A stretch of DNA of 36,744 nt, from positions 1 through 36,744 of the forward strand of contig CALQZW010000002.1 in the NCBI GenBank assembly GCA_943350045.1. The letters are read 5' to 3'. A program made the translations under genes and the position numbers. The stretch comes from Candidatus Nomurabacteria bacterium (GTDB lineage Bacteria > Patescibacteriota > Minisyncoccia > Phycocordibacterales > UBA9973). Below, piece after piece: positions 27,566 through 36,615 of the stretch. The notes under the pieces were generated by a model. That model saw only the letters and a program-made list of their open reading frames with translations, did no database searches and was not told where the DNA came from. How positions within the stretch are numbered: position 1 is the stretch's first letter; every line of letters begins with the position of its first letter.

Positions 27566-30409
27566 ATGCCATCACCACAGAAACAGACAATTGGTCTTCA
27601 CAATCTCTCTGCAGTCGTAGCAGACGTCGTTGTGGATACTCAACAGGCAGAAGAAGCTGTGAAAGAAGTTCCCGCAGTGCACGAGGCTCCGGTGGTAAAA
27701 GAATCACCAAAGGAGTCACCATATGTTCCGGCTCACACGTCGATGCCTTCAACAAGTCCTTCTCGCGGTGTTTTAAAGCGAGACGGAACTCGCGAGCCAT
27801 TCAACGCGGACCGTATCAATAAGTCTATCGAGCGAGCAACACACGGTATTCCAAATCCGCTTGAAAAAGTCATGCAGATTGCCTCTGAGACAGAACTCAC
27901 GATCTACGACGGTATTACAACTGAAGAAATGGATCAGGCGACTATAAACGCAGCCCTCCAGAATGCTCAGTATGACCTCGACTACGACAAGATTGCTACA
28001 CGTCTTCTTCTAAAGACTATCTACAAAAAGGTTCTTGGTACCTACGACACAAAAGAAGAGCTTGTCACCATGCACAAGACTCACTTCCAGCACTACGTTC
28101 GTCTCGGTATCGAGCTCGGGCTCCTCGACAAGCGACTCCGTAAGTTTGACCTCGACGAGCTTGGTCGTTACCTAAAAATCGACCGTGATGAGTTCTATAA
28201 GTATTCTGGTGCTTCAACAATGCTCGACCGCTATCTCATCAAAGACGTAGATGGCCGCCCTTTGGAGACTCCGCAGTATTTCTGGATGCGTATTGCAATG
28301 GCAATGTCCATCAATGAAAAAGACCACAATGGCTGGGCAAAGCGTTTTTACGACAAGATGAGTAAGCTTGAATACCTCTCGGCTGGATCTACAAACATCG
28401 GAGCAGGTACAAATCGCTCAAGTCTTTCAAACTGTTACCTCATGCAGGTAGAAGACGACATGGCTCACATCGGAAAGACTGTCTCAGACGTTCTCTTGCT
28501 CTCAAAGGCAACAGGAGGAATCGGACTTGCTGTCACAAAACTCCGTGCAAATGGCTCAATGCTCAAGAGTAACAACACTGTATCTTCTGGACCAGTTCCT
28601 TTCATGCACATCATTGACTCAGCTGTTCGTGCAGTTCAGCGTGGAGGAAAAAAGAAAGGAGCACTCTGTTTCTATATGGAAAACTGGCACTACGACTTCC
28701 AGGACTTCCTCGACCTCAAGCAGAACGCCGGAGACGACTACCGCCGTACCCGTACTGCAAACACCGCTGCCTACATGTCTGACGAGTTCATGAAGCGAGT
28801 GAAAGAAGACAGAGATTGGTACCTCTTTGATCCAAAAGAAGTGCCTGACCTCATCGAACTCTATGGCGAGGCCTTTTCAAAGCGATATCAGGAATACTGT
28901 GAAATGGCAGAGCGTGGAGAATTGAATCTTTGGAAAAAGATGCCAGCTCGCCAGCAGTACAAGAATATTCTTGTATCACTACAGACAACAAGTCACCCAT
29001 GGCTTACATGGAAAGACACAATCAACGTCCGCGCTCTCAACAACAACACTGGAACAATTCACGCTTCAAACCTCTGTACTGAAGTTACTCTTCCACAGAA
29101 CAAAGATAACGTCGCGGTTTGTAACCTCATCTCTATCAACCTCCCACGTCACCTCGTTGGAAAGCAGATGGACTGGATGCGTCTTGAAGAATCTGCTCGT
29201 CTTGCAATCCGTCAGCTTGATAACCTCATCGACGTAAACGAGCCACCAATTGCTGAAGCAAAGCGTGCCGACAGTGAAAACCGTGCGCTCGGACTTGGAC
29301 TCATGGGACTCTCTGACACAATCGAACAGCTTGGATATTCATATGAAGATTCAGTTGCTCACGACTTTGTCGACAAAGTATTTGAGTTCATTAGTTACAT
29401 GGCTATCGACGAGTCTGCAACAATCGCAGCGGAGAAGGGAAGTTACAAAAACTTCGAAGGCTCTGGATGGTCACGCGGACAGGTGCCTATAGACACAGCA
29501 GAGCGTCTTGCTCGCGAGCGTGGTTCTGACCTTACGGTAGGACTCGGCTCAGTTCGTGGAGTACCTGAAATCGATTGGGAAGCGCTCCGCCGAAAGGTTC
29601 GCAAAGGAGTACGCAACGCAACCGTTATGGCAATCGCTCCAAACGCAAACATCGGACTCGTTGCCGGAACTTCTCCTGGAATCGACCCACGCTTTGCACA
29701 GATGTTTTCTCGAAACAAGATTTCAGGAAAATATCTTGAAGTAAATCCGAACATGGTGCATGACCTCAAGACACTCGGAATCTGGGATAAGGTTCAGGAA
29801 GACATTCTCAAAAATCACGGAGACATTCAGAGTATCGACCTCATTCCAGACGGAATCAAACGTATCTACAAGACAAGCTTTGATACATCTCCAGGTGCCT
29901 TTGTGGAAGTCGCTGCGCGTGCTCAGAAGTGGGTAGACCAGGCAATCTCTCGCAATATGTACCTTGCAGTAAATGACATCGACGAAGTCATGGGTATTTA
30001 CACAAATGCATGGGAGAAGGGACTCAAGACTACGTACTACCTCCACATGAAGCCAAAGCACACAGCTGAGCAGTCAACTGTGAGTGTAAACAAAGCAACT
30101 GCTATTGGAAAGAAAGGATTTGCAGCACTCTTTGCAAACGCTGCTCCAGCGGTAAAATCTGAAACACCTAAAGAAGAAGTAAAAGTCTCAGTAGCGACTG
30201 CAGTAAAAGTAGAAGTTGTAGAAAAGAAACCAGAGCCACTGCCAGTAATCGCCGACATTATTCGACAAGAAGAGCCAGCTCCAGAGACTCCGGTAGACCT
30301 TCCGAAAAAAGCTCCGTTTGCATCAGTCGCTCAGAAAATGAAGACAATGCCAACAGTAGTTCTTCCGGATGATCCGCAGAACGCAAATATTTGTGAAGGG
30401 TGCGAATAG
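27566..30409 (+). CDS. nrdA: Ribonucleoside-diphosphate reductase alpha subunit with ATP cone
   Basis: VLKRDG ATP cone, ETPQ, LSNCY, SNLCTEV, VCNL, AIAPNA, DQAIS, KGLKTTYY and C-terminal CEGCE. Confidence 0.97.
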   Translation: MPSPQKQTIGLHNLSAVVADVVVDTQQAEEAVKEVPAVHEAPVVKESPKESPYVPAHTSMPSTSPSRGVLKRDGTREPFNADRINKSIERATHGIPNPLEKVMQIASETELTIYDGITTEEMDQATINAALQNAQYDLDYDKIATRLLLKTIYKKVLGTYDTKEELVTMHKTHFQHYVRLGIELGLLDKRLRKFDLDELGRYLKIDRDEFYKYSGASTMLDRYLIKDVDGRPLETPQYFWMRIAMAMSINEKDHNGWAKRFYDKMSKLEYLSAGSTNIGAGTNRSSLSNCYLMQVEDDMAHIGKTVSDVLLLSKATGGIGLAVTKLRANGSMLKSNNTVSSGPVPFMHIIDSAVRAVQRGGKKKGALCFYMENWHYDFQDFLDLKQNAGDDYRRTRTANTAAYMSDEFMKRVKEDRDWYLFDPKEVPDLIELYGEAFSKRYQEYCEMAERGELNLWKKMPARQQYKNILVSLQTTSHPWLTWKDTINVRALNNNTGTIHASNLCTEVTLPQNKDNVAVCNLISINLPRHLVGKQMDWMRLEESARLAIRQLDNLIDVNEPPIAEAKRADSENRALGLGLMGLSDTIEQLGYSYEDSVAHDFVDKVFEFISYMAIDESATIAAEKGSYKNFEGSGWSRGQVPIDTAERLARERGSDLTVGLGSVRGVPEIDWEALRRKVRKGVRNATVMAIAPNANIGLVAGTSPGIDPRFAQMFSRNKISGKYLEVNPNMVHDLKTLGIWDKVQEDILKNHGDIQSIDLIPDGIKRIYKTSFDTSPGAFVEVAARAQKWVDQAISRNMYLAVNDIDEVMGIYTNAWEKGLKTTYYLHMKPKHTAEQSTVSVNKATAIGKKGFAALFANAAPAVKSETPKEEVKVSVATAVKVEVVEKKPEPLPVIADIIRQEEPAPETPVDLPKKAPFASVAQKMKTMPTVVLPDDPQNANICEGCE

Positions 30410-30445
30410 GGAAATTATTATCTAGTCAAAATATAAAGTACATAT

Positions 30446-31444
30446 ATGATTCTTGGAAAGCCAGAGCCAACAGATACATCACTTCACCCAATGAAGTACA
30501 AGTGGGCGTACGAGTTGTATAACCAGGCGGTGCGAAATACATGGTTCCCACATGAAATTCCACTCGGAGAAGACATTAAGGACTGGAATGACATGACAGA
30601 AGACGAGCGTCATGCAGTAGAGTTTTTGATGGCATTCTTTAATCCAGCAGAGCTCATTGTAAACCGCGCACTCGCACTCGGAGTGTATCCATATATCAAG
30701 AGTCCAGAAGCTCACCTCTACCTTGCAAAGCAGATGTGGGAAGAGGCGAACCACTGTGTTGCATTCGAGTACGTACTTGAAACATTCCCGGTAAATCGTG
30801 AAGAGATTTACAAGGTGCACACAGTTACAGACTCAATGATTGCAAAGGAGAACTTCATTAACAAGTATCTCAAGCGCATGACTGAAGTGACTCTAAACAT
30901 CGAGACTCCAGAAGGAAAGAAAGATTTCATCCGTAACCTCATTGCCTACTCAGTTGTTATGGAAGGAATCTGGTTCTACTCTGGATTCATGGTCGTGCTC
31001 TCGTTCCGCCAGCGCAACAAGCTCCGCAACTTTGCGAGTTTGATCAACTGGGTAATTCGCGACGAGTCACTTCACTTGAAGTTTGGAATCAACCTCATCC
31101 TCAACATTCTTGAAGAGAATCCAGAAATCCTTACTGCAGAGTTTGCAGAGGAAATCCGAAATATTGTCATCGAGGGAGTCGAGCTTGAAGTTGCGTACAA
31201 CAAGGATCTTTTCCCAAATGGAATTCTTGGACTCAACTCAGACTACGTAAACCAGTATGTTATGTACGTTGCTGATCGACGCCTTGAAGAGCTTGGAATG
31301 CCAAAGCACTACAATGCATCAAACCCAGCAAAGTGGATGAGTACTGCAACAGACGTGTACGAGCTCGTGAACTTCTTTGAAGCGCAGAACACTGCATACG
31401 AAGTAGATGCACACGGACACTCAAAGGACAAAAAAGAAGCGTAA
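30446..31444 (+). CDS. nrdB: Ribonucleotide reductase beta subunit, class Ic (R2c) signature
   Basis: FFNPAE, EEANHCVAF, EGIWFYSGF, RDESLH and NFFE...Y motifs. Confidence 0.95.
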   Translation: MILGKPEPTDTSLHPMKYKWAYELYNQAVRNTWFPHEIPLGEDIKDWNDMTEDERHAVEFLMAFFNPAELIVNRALALGVYPYIKSPEAHLYLAKQMWEEANHCVAFEYVLETFPVNREEIYKVHTVTDSMIAKENFINKYLKRMTEVTLNIETPEGKKDFIRNLIAYSVVMEGIWFYSGFMVVLSFRQRNKLRNFASLINWVIRDESLHLKFGINLILNILEENPEILTAEFAEEIRNIVIEGVELEVAYNKDLFPNGILGLNSDYVNQYVMYVADRRLEELGMPKHYNASNPAKWMSTATDVYELVNFFEAQNTAYEVDAHGHSKDKKEA

Positions 31445-31465
31445 TTTTTGAAATTGTACGCAAAG

Positions 31466-31509
31466 AAAAAACCGCCATTCTCGCTATAGTGCGAGGGGCG
31501 GTTTTTTTT
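31466..31509. terminator. Bidirectional terminator after nrdB
   Basis: AAAAAACCGCC..CTCGC...GCGAG.GGCGGTTTTTTTT. Confidence 0.85.
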
Positions 31510-31515
31510 GATGAT

Positions 31516-31914
31516 TTACGCGAGAACTTTTTTTGGTTCAGTGGTTACTCTTGGTGCAAAAATTGTGAGTATGTACCAAGCCATGAAGAAGTAGTAAAAA
31601 TTCATCGCCAGATAGTTATTATCTGGGTGAGAACTTGTACATATTTTTTTTAAAAAGAAAAAATGTACCAAGCCAATTACTATCGCTGCAACTCGAGTTC
31701 CAATACGTTCTTTTTTTGTCGGAAACGAATCCGACAATTCAATAAATGGGGCCAGTAAGCCTGCGAACCCTGTTAGCAAGGTGCCAAAACACAATAAGTC
31801 GTACTGAGCTAGATCTTTCGTATATACTTCATCAAAGTAGGCAACGATACATCCGCCAGCCAGTGCCATGTAATAGAGGATAATGCTCGACATTGTCCAG
31901 ATTTTGTATTTCAT
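31516..31914 (-). CDS. Hypothetical membrane protein (about 4 TM)
   Basis: Hydrophobic AT-rich ORF; start uncertain (31914 or 31935), since 31977 would overlap cruF. Confidence 0.65.
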   Translation of the reverse strand: MKYKIWTMSSIILYYMALAGGCIVAYFDEVYTKDLAQYDLLCFGTLLTGFAGLLAPFIELSDSFPTKKERIGTRVAAIVIGLVHFFFLKKICTSSHPDNNYLAMNFYYFFMAWYILTIFAPRVTTEPKKVLA

Positions 31915-31968
31915 TGTTAAATTGGTTTGACTCATATATACCATATTATTCTGGTATACTGCAAAGGC

Positions 31969-32712
31969 ATGACACAAAAAACGTTTAGCTATCTTTTCTA
32001 TGGACTCTTTATCCTCATAGGAGCGCTCAGTATCGGTTTCGTTCCCGGAGCGCTTTCATATCCCTACGGCTCAGCTATTGCCATCTGCATCATCTCGCTC
32101 CCGCTTGTCGTGGCGCTGTACAAAAACTTCGGACTTCAAAAGACAGTGCTTTCGTTTCTTGTCCTCTCGCTCTTTGCACTCGCAATTGAATACACTGGGC
32201 TTGTAACCGGCTGGCCATATGGACACTTTGAGTACACAGGAGAGCTCGGTGCTCGTATTTTTGGCATCTTGCCATGGACTGTTGGATTTTCCTGGACTCC
32301 GCTCATGCTCGGAGCAGTCGCCATGGTATATCCGTTTACGAAGAGTAAAACTCTGCGCATCCTTTTGCCTGTCGTTATTCTTGTTGTTTTTGACTTACTT
32401 CTCGATCCTGTTGCAGTGTCTGTCGGCATGTGGCAGTTCGCCGAGCAGGGAGCGTACTACGGAGTTCCGTTTCGTAACTTTGTCGGATGGGGGATCTCTG
32501 GCTTGATTGGGTCACAGATTAGCTATCTTCTTTTTGTCAAGGCTCCGGCGCGTGCCATGGCTTCGCTTGGTATAAGTTTCTATATCAGCATTGCACTCTG
32601 GACACTCGTCGCACTCTTCCGTGGCCTCTACATTCCGTTTGCTATCGGCCTTGTTCTGTCGGTTTTAGTCGCCGTGATACACTACAGATATGCAAAAAAT
32701 TCTGGCAATTAG
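31969..32712 (+). CDS. cruF: Carotenoid 1,2-hydratase, CruF / bisanhydrobacterioruberin hydratase-like
   Basis: IEYTGLVTGWPYGHFEY..LG, DLLLDPVAV..G.W and YYGVPFRNFVGW motifs; multi-TM; ATG 31969. Confidence 0.85.
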   Translation: MTQKTFSYLFYGLFILIGALSIGFVPGALSYPYGSAIAICIISLPLVVALYKNFGLQKTVLSFLVLSLFALAIEYTGLVTGWPYGHFEYTGELGARIFGILPWTVGFSWTPLMLGAVAMVYPFTKSKTLRILLPVVILVVFDLLLDPVAVSVGMWQFAEQGAYYGVPFRNFVGWGISGLIGSQISYLLFVKAPARAMASLGISFYISIALWTLVALFRGLYIPFAIGLVLSVLVAVIHYRYAKNSGN

Positions 32713-33517
32713 TCGTCCACGATTTTGGATGTACACACTCGGTCCATTTCTGGTCGGGTCGGTTTCGCTCTTTGGATTTCCCTACCATTTTCCGCTGGAG
32801 TTTTTCGTCTTTCTTGTATATTTCACATTCCCTGCAAATATTTTCATCTACGGGATAAACGACATATATGACAGAGCAACAGACATGCTCAATGCCAAAA
32901 AGCAAGGATATGAGCAAGTACTCAAGCCAGAATATGACGGCATGCTCCGCACAGTAATTGCGCTTAGTAACATTCCATTTTGGATCTACGCAGTCGTGGT
33001 TCTTCCTCCCGTCGCCCTCATTCTTTTTGCCGTCTTCGTCTTTCTCTCATGGCAGTATTCCGCTCCACCGATTCGCGCCAAGGCAGTTCCTTTTCTCGAC
33101 AGTATCTTTAGCGGGTTTTTGTATATAGTTCCGGGAGCTGTGATATGGGCCTTTCTCTTTAACGCATGGCCTCCTATGCTTGCTATAGTCGGCGGATTTT
33201 TGTGGTCATTTGCCATGCATGCGTATTCAGCCGTTCCAGACATTCAGGCCGACAGGGAGGCGGGAATTGCCACCGGTGCTACATTGCTCGGAAAGCAGGG
33301 AATACTCGCCGTATGCGCGATTCTGTACGCTCTAGCAGGCGTTATTGGAGCGATGTATGTCGGTCCGTTTGCCTATATTGCTGGAGGTATATATGTAGCC
33401 CTTGTCGGAGTATCCATGTACAAGAAAACCCCCGCCGAAGTCCTTGGTATCTACAAACTGTTTCCGGTGATTAATACCGTGATTGGAGGGGTACTGTTTT
33501 TCTTGTTGGTGGTATAG
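32690..33517 (+). CDS. UbiA-family prenyltransferase, lycopene elongase (LyeJ/CrtEb-like)
   Basis: SRPRFWMYTLGPF, FPANIFIYGINDIYD..D..N.KK.G.E, YSAPPIRAK..PFLDS and MHAYSAVPDI.AD..AG..T.A motifs; overlaps cruF. Confidence 0.88.
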   Translation: MQKILAISRPRFWMYTLGPFLVGSVSLFGFPYHFPLEFFVFLVYFTFPANIFIYGINDIYDRATDMLNAKKQGYEQVLKPEYDGMLRTVIALSNIPFWIYAVVVLPPVALILFAVFVFLSWQYSAPPIRAKAVPFLDSIFSGFLYIVPGAVIWAFLFNAWPPMLAIVGGFLWSFAMHAYSAVPDIQADREAGIATGATLLGKQGILAVCAILYALAGVIGAMYVGPFAYIAGGIYVALVGVSMYKKTPAEVLGIYKLFPVINTVIGGVLFFLLVV

Positions 33518-33629
33518 AAAGGGTATGAAAAAAGCCCGACCATTTCTGATCGAGCTTTGAGATGAACCAAACAAATCATTTTTTACCGAGGAATTTTTTT
33601 TAAAAATTTGAGATCTACACAGGTAATAA

Positions 33630-33658
33630 AAAATCACTTTGATTTACAAAGTGATTTT
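33630..33658 (-). terminator. Terminator for ORF 33703..34074
   Basis: AAAATCACTTTG-attta-CAAAGTGATTTT. Confidence 0.65.
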
Positions 33659-33702
33659 AATAGCTATGAATCTGGCTCAATTTTGCGAAGCGTCTAGTTC
33701 TC

Positions 33703-34074
33703 TTAAAGGATTCTAAATTTACCTCTAGAAAGAGAATTTCCTTTCTTTGCTAAAGTATCAAAATACTGTATTTCGGAATCTACTGACTTATCGCCAGTTA
33801 CAGGACTTTTGTACTGGATATGATAACGCCCAGGACTTATTGTTAGTCGTATACTCTCCTTATCGCTTATGTGAATCCACGGAAAACAAATGGTAGCATA
33901 TTCTGTAGTATATATTTCTAAAACATAAGACTGGGGCACAAAGTAGATTTTCATAAAATACCAGTATGCGTCAAGCTTATGAAAAAAAGAAATTTCTATT
34001 TTTCGTCCAAGTAAGTCAGATCCATGTTTGATACCTAAGCTTTGAAAGAGCTCCCTCTGTAAATTTTTCTTCAT
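33703..34074 (-). CDS. Hypothetical protein, probable paralog of 23863..24207
   Basis: 123-aa AT-rich ORF with promoter TTGACA-16 bp-TATTAT (34189-34162). Confidence 0.7.
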   Translation of the reverse strand: MKKNLQRELFQSLGIKHGSDLLGRKIEISFFHKLDAYWYFMKIYFVPQSYVLEIYTTEYATICFPWIHISDKESIRLTISPGRYHIQYKSPVTGDKSVDSEIQYFDTLAKKGNSLSRGKFRIL

Positions 34075-34082
34075 CGTTGTTG

Positions 34083-34136
34083 TTTTTAAAGGTGACCGCA
34101 GAAGACATTAGAATCTTCTCTGGTCACCTTTAAAAA
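34083..34136 (-). promoter_or_regulatory. Long hairpin in the 5' leader of ORF 33703..34074
   Basis: TTTTTAAAGGTGACC..AGAAGA...TCTTCT..GGTCACCTTTAAAAA. Confidence 0.6.
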
Positions 34137-34253
34137 TTGTCAAAAAAACGTATCTGATTACATAATACGATAATATTAAGTTTTGTCAAACATTTGCTCC
34201 GAACTTGGGAGGATGTTCGGAATGCAACGAATGGTATTCGTTAATCTCGTAAA

Positions 34254-35762
34254 CTAGAGCTCTTTAAGTGGATGGACATCTTTACTTCCTGTAATACGCT
34301 TGTAAACAAGTTCGGCGGAGATGAGACAGATTGGCATTCCGATTCCTGGGTTTGTACCGGCTCCTGCGTAAAAGAGGTTCGGTACTTTTTTGTGTACATT
34401 ATTTGGGCGGAAGAGGGCAGTCTGGCTGAATGTGTGCGCAAGCCCGAGTGCTGTTCCTTTGTATGCGTTGTAGTCTTTCTGGAAATCTTTTACAGAATAT
34501 ACTTGCTGGTATTTTATGCGCCCGCGAATATTTTCTACACCTGCGTACTGCTGAATCTCATCAAGAATCTTTTCCGTATATTCTTTTTCAAACTCAGGCG
34601 TATATTCCAATCCTGAAGCAATCGGAACAAGCACGAAAATATTTTCATGGTTTGCCGGCGCTACGCTTGGATCTGTTTTTGACGGCATGCAGAGATAGAA
34701 AGAAGGGTCAGTAGGCCACTCTGGCTTGTCGAAAATTTGCTCAAATCCTTTCTGCCAGTCTTTTGCGAAGATGAGGTTGTGGTGTTCAAGAGTCGGAATT
34801 TTTCCTTCTACTCCGAGGTAGAGAATGAAGGCAGATGGAGCCAAGACGCGTGAATCCCAATACTCTGGAGAGTGTTGGCGATATTCTGGCGCAAGGAGGT
34901 GTTCGTCGGTAAAGGTAACGTCGGCGTTTGACACGACGATATCAGCAGAGAGAACTGTTCCATCGGCAAGACGGACTCCGTTTGCGGTGTTGTTTTCAAT
35001 CAAAATCTGCTCGACTTCTGTATTCGTCATAATGTTCACTCCATGCTTTTTCGCCATGGCTTCAAGGGCGCGAGGAAGCTGCCAAATACCTCCATCTGGA
35101 TACCAGACTCCAAGTCCGAAGTCGACATAGTTCATCATACTGTAGATTCCTGGGCAGTCTCCGGGAGCTGTTCCAAGGAGAATCATCTGGTACTGCATGA
35201 CTTTCTGTAATATTTCGCTCTTGAACTTTGATTCAATGATTGCCTTTTGCTTACGAAGAAGGGGAAGTTTGTATCCTACTTTGGCAACACTCCAACTCAT
35301 GAAGTCGAGGATTGAGTTGTAGTTTTTGAACATGAACTCGTTGTAGGCAATGCTGTACTGAAGCTTGAGTTTTTCTAAAAACTTTACGAGTACCTTTCCA
35401 CTACCTGGCTCGAGAGTTTCAAATGTTTCTGTATTTTTTACGATGTCTCCGTAGAAATCGTAGTGCTTCATGTCGCTCTTTAAAATGATGCGATATGACG
35501 GAGCAAGTTTCTGGAGGTTGTAGTAGTCAGATGTTTTCTCTCCCATGAGTGAAAAGAAATGGTCGAACACGTCCGGCATCATGTACCAGCTTGGACCCAT
35601 GTCAAAAACGAATCCATCTTTTTCAAAGACACGAGCGCGACCACCGACAGTGCTGTTCTTTTCGATGAGTGTCACTGTGTATCCTTTTTTCGCGAGGAGG
35701 CAGGCAGTTCCAAGGCCTCCGAGCCCTGCACCGATGACGATGACTGATTTTTTTGTGTCCAT
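34254..35762 (-). CDS. crtI: Phytoene desaturase family protein (CrtI/CrtD-like)
   Basis: VIGAGLGG FAD motif, FDMGPSWY.MP, YPDGG, DPS.AP, GTALGLAHT..QT..FRP and GAGTNPGIGMP motifs. Confidence 0.92.
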   Translation of the reverse strand: MDTKKSVIVIGAGLGGLGTACLLAKKGYTVTLIEKNSTVGGRARVFEKDGFVFDMGPSWYMMPDVFDHFFSLMGEKTSDYYNLQKLAPSYRIILKSDMKHYDFYGDIVKNTETFETLEPGSGKVLVKFLEKLKLQYSIAYNEFMFKNYNSILDFMSWSVAKVGYKLPLLRKQKAIIESKFKSEILQKVMQYQMILLGTAPGDCPGIYSMMNYVDFGLGVWYPDGGIWQLPRALEAMAKKHGVNIMTNTEVEQILIENNTANGVRLADGTVLSADIVVSNADVTFTDEHLLAPEYRQHSPEYWDSRVLAPSAFILYLGVEGKIPTLEHHNLIFAKDWQKGFEQIFDKPEWPTDPSFYLCMPSKTDPSVAPANHENIFVLVPIASGLEYTPEFEKEYTEKILDEIQQYAGVENIRGRIKYQQVYSVKDFQKDYNAYKGTALGLAHTFSQTALFRPNNVHKKVPNLFYAGAGTNPGIGMPICLISAELVYKRITGSKDVHPLKEL

Positions 35763-35766
35763 ATGA

Positions 35767-36609
35767 TTAAAAAAGATGAGTGGTTATAATGCGAAGTTTT
35801 TGGGAGAGGGGAACGCGTGTTCGGCCTCTGAATATTCTGCTTGGGTCTTTCGATATCTTCTCAAATATACCCTTGTAGAGCCCGTAGGCCATGCGTACGG
35901 CTCTCCGGCCGCCCTTTGTGAGCATTGGTATGCCGGCTAGTCCGTGTGCGTAGAGTTTCTGTGTTCGTTGTATTTCAAATTCTAGCAAGGCAAGCACTTT
36001 TTCATTCGGAGTTGTTGTGCGGAGCATGTCCTCTGTAATTCCATATGTCTCCATGTCCTCTTGTGGAAGATATATTCTTCCGCGTTCTAGGTCTTCGACG
36101 ACGTCGCGTAAGAAGTTTGTCATTTGAAATGCTTCAGCGAGTGAGCGAGCGTGGGGAAGTGCATCACCAGTATATCCAATCAGGTGTGACATCATGTATC
36201 CGACAACTGTTGCCGAGCCCATCATATACTCTTCTAGTTCGGCATATGTTCGGTAGCGATTTTTTTCTGTATCAGCAAACATGGCGCTCAGAAATATTTC
36301 ACTATACTCAAATGGAATGTTTTTTTCTTTCCATAGTACTGCGTTGGCGCGAAGAATTGGATGCACGTCCAGATCCCCGTTATATGCTCGCAGCCAGTCT
36401 TGTTTCCATGCATTTAGTTTTTCTTTCGCTTTGCTCGGATCTTTCTCCTCCGTGTCCACTATCTCATCTGGATATCTGACAAATGCATACAGAACCCACG
36501 TTGCTTGGCGGAGTTCTTTTGCAAAGAAATATGTGGCGATATAGTACGAAGTTCCGTACTTTTTCGTCATTTGTTGGCAGATTTTTGCGTCAGCGGAATA
36601 GGTATTCAT
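35767..36609 (-). CDS. crtB: Phytoene synthase
   Basis: GTSYY.A, LYAFVR..DEIVD, FQMTNFLRDV.ED..RGRIYLP motifs. Confidence 0.95.
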   Translation of the reverse strand: MNTYSADAKICQQMTKKYGTSYYIATYFFAKELRQATWVLYAFVRYPDEIVDTEEKDPSKAKEKLNAWKQDWLRAYNGDLDVHPILRANAVLWKEKNIPFEYSEIFLSAMFADTEKNRYRTYAELEEYMMGSATVVGYMMSHLIGYTGDALPHARSLAEAFQMTNFLRDVVEDLERGRIYLPQEDMETYGITEDMLRTTTPNEKVLALLEFEIQRTQKLYAHGLAGIPMLTKGGRRAVRMAYGLYKGIFEKISKDPSRIFRGRTRVPLSQKLRIITTHLF

Positions 36610-36615
36610 GAAAAA

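Noticed and set aside
27352..27822. 156-aa ORF upstream of and overlapping nrdA
   Set aside because: Out-of-frame overlap with nrdA, spans its promoter, and has low-complexity Arg/Ser composition
34193..34242. Two small hairpins after crtI (TCCGAAC/GTTCGGA; AACGAAT/ATTCGTT)
   Set aside because: Most simply a terminator-like element; no clear link to the tRNA-associated repeat
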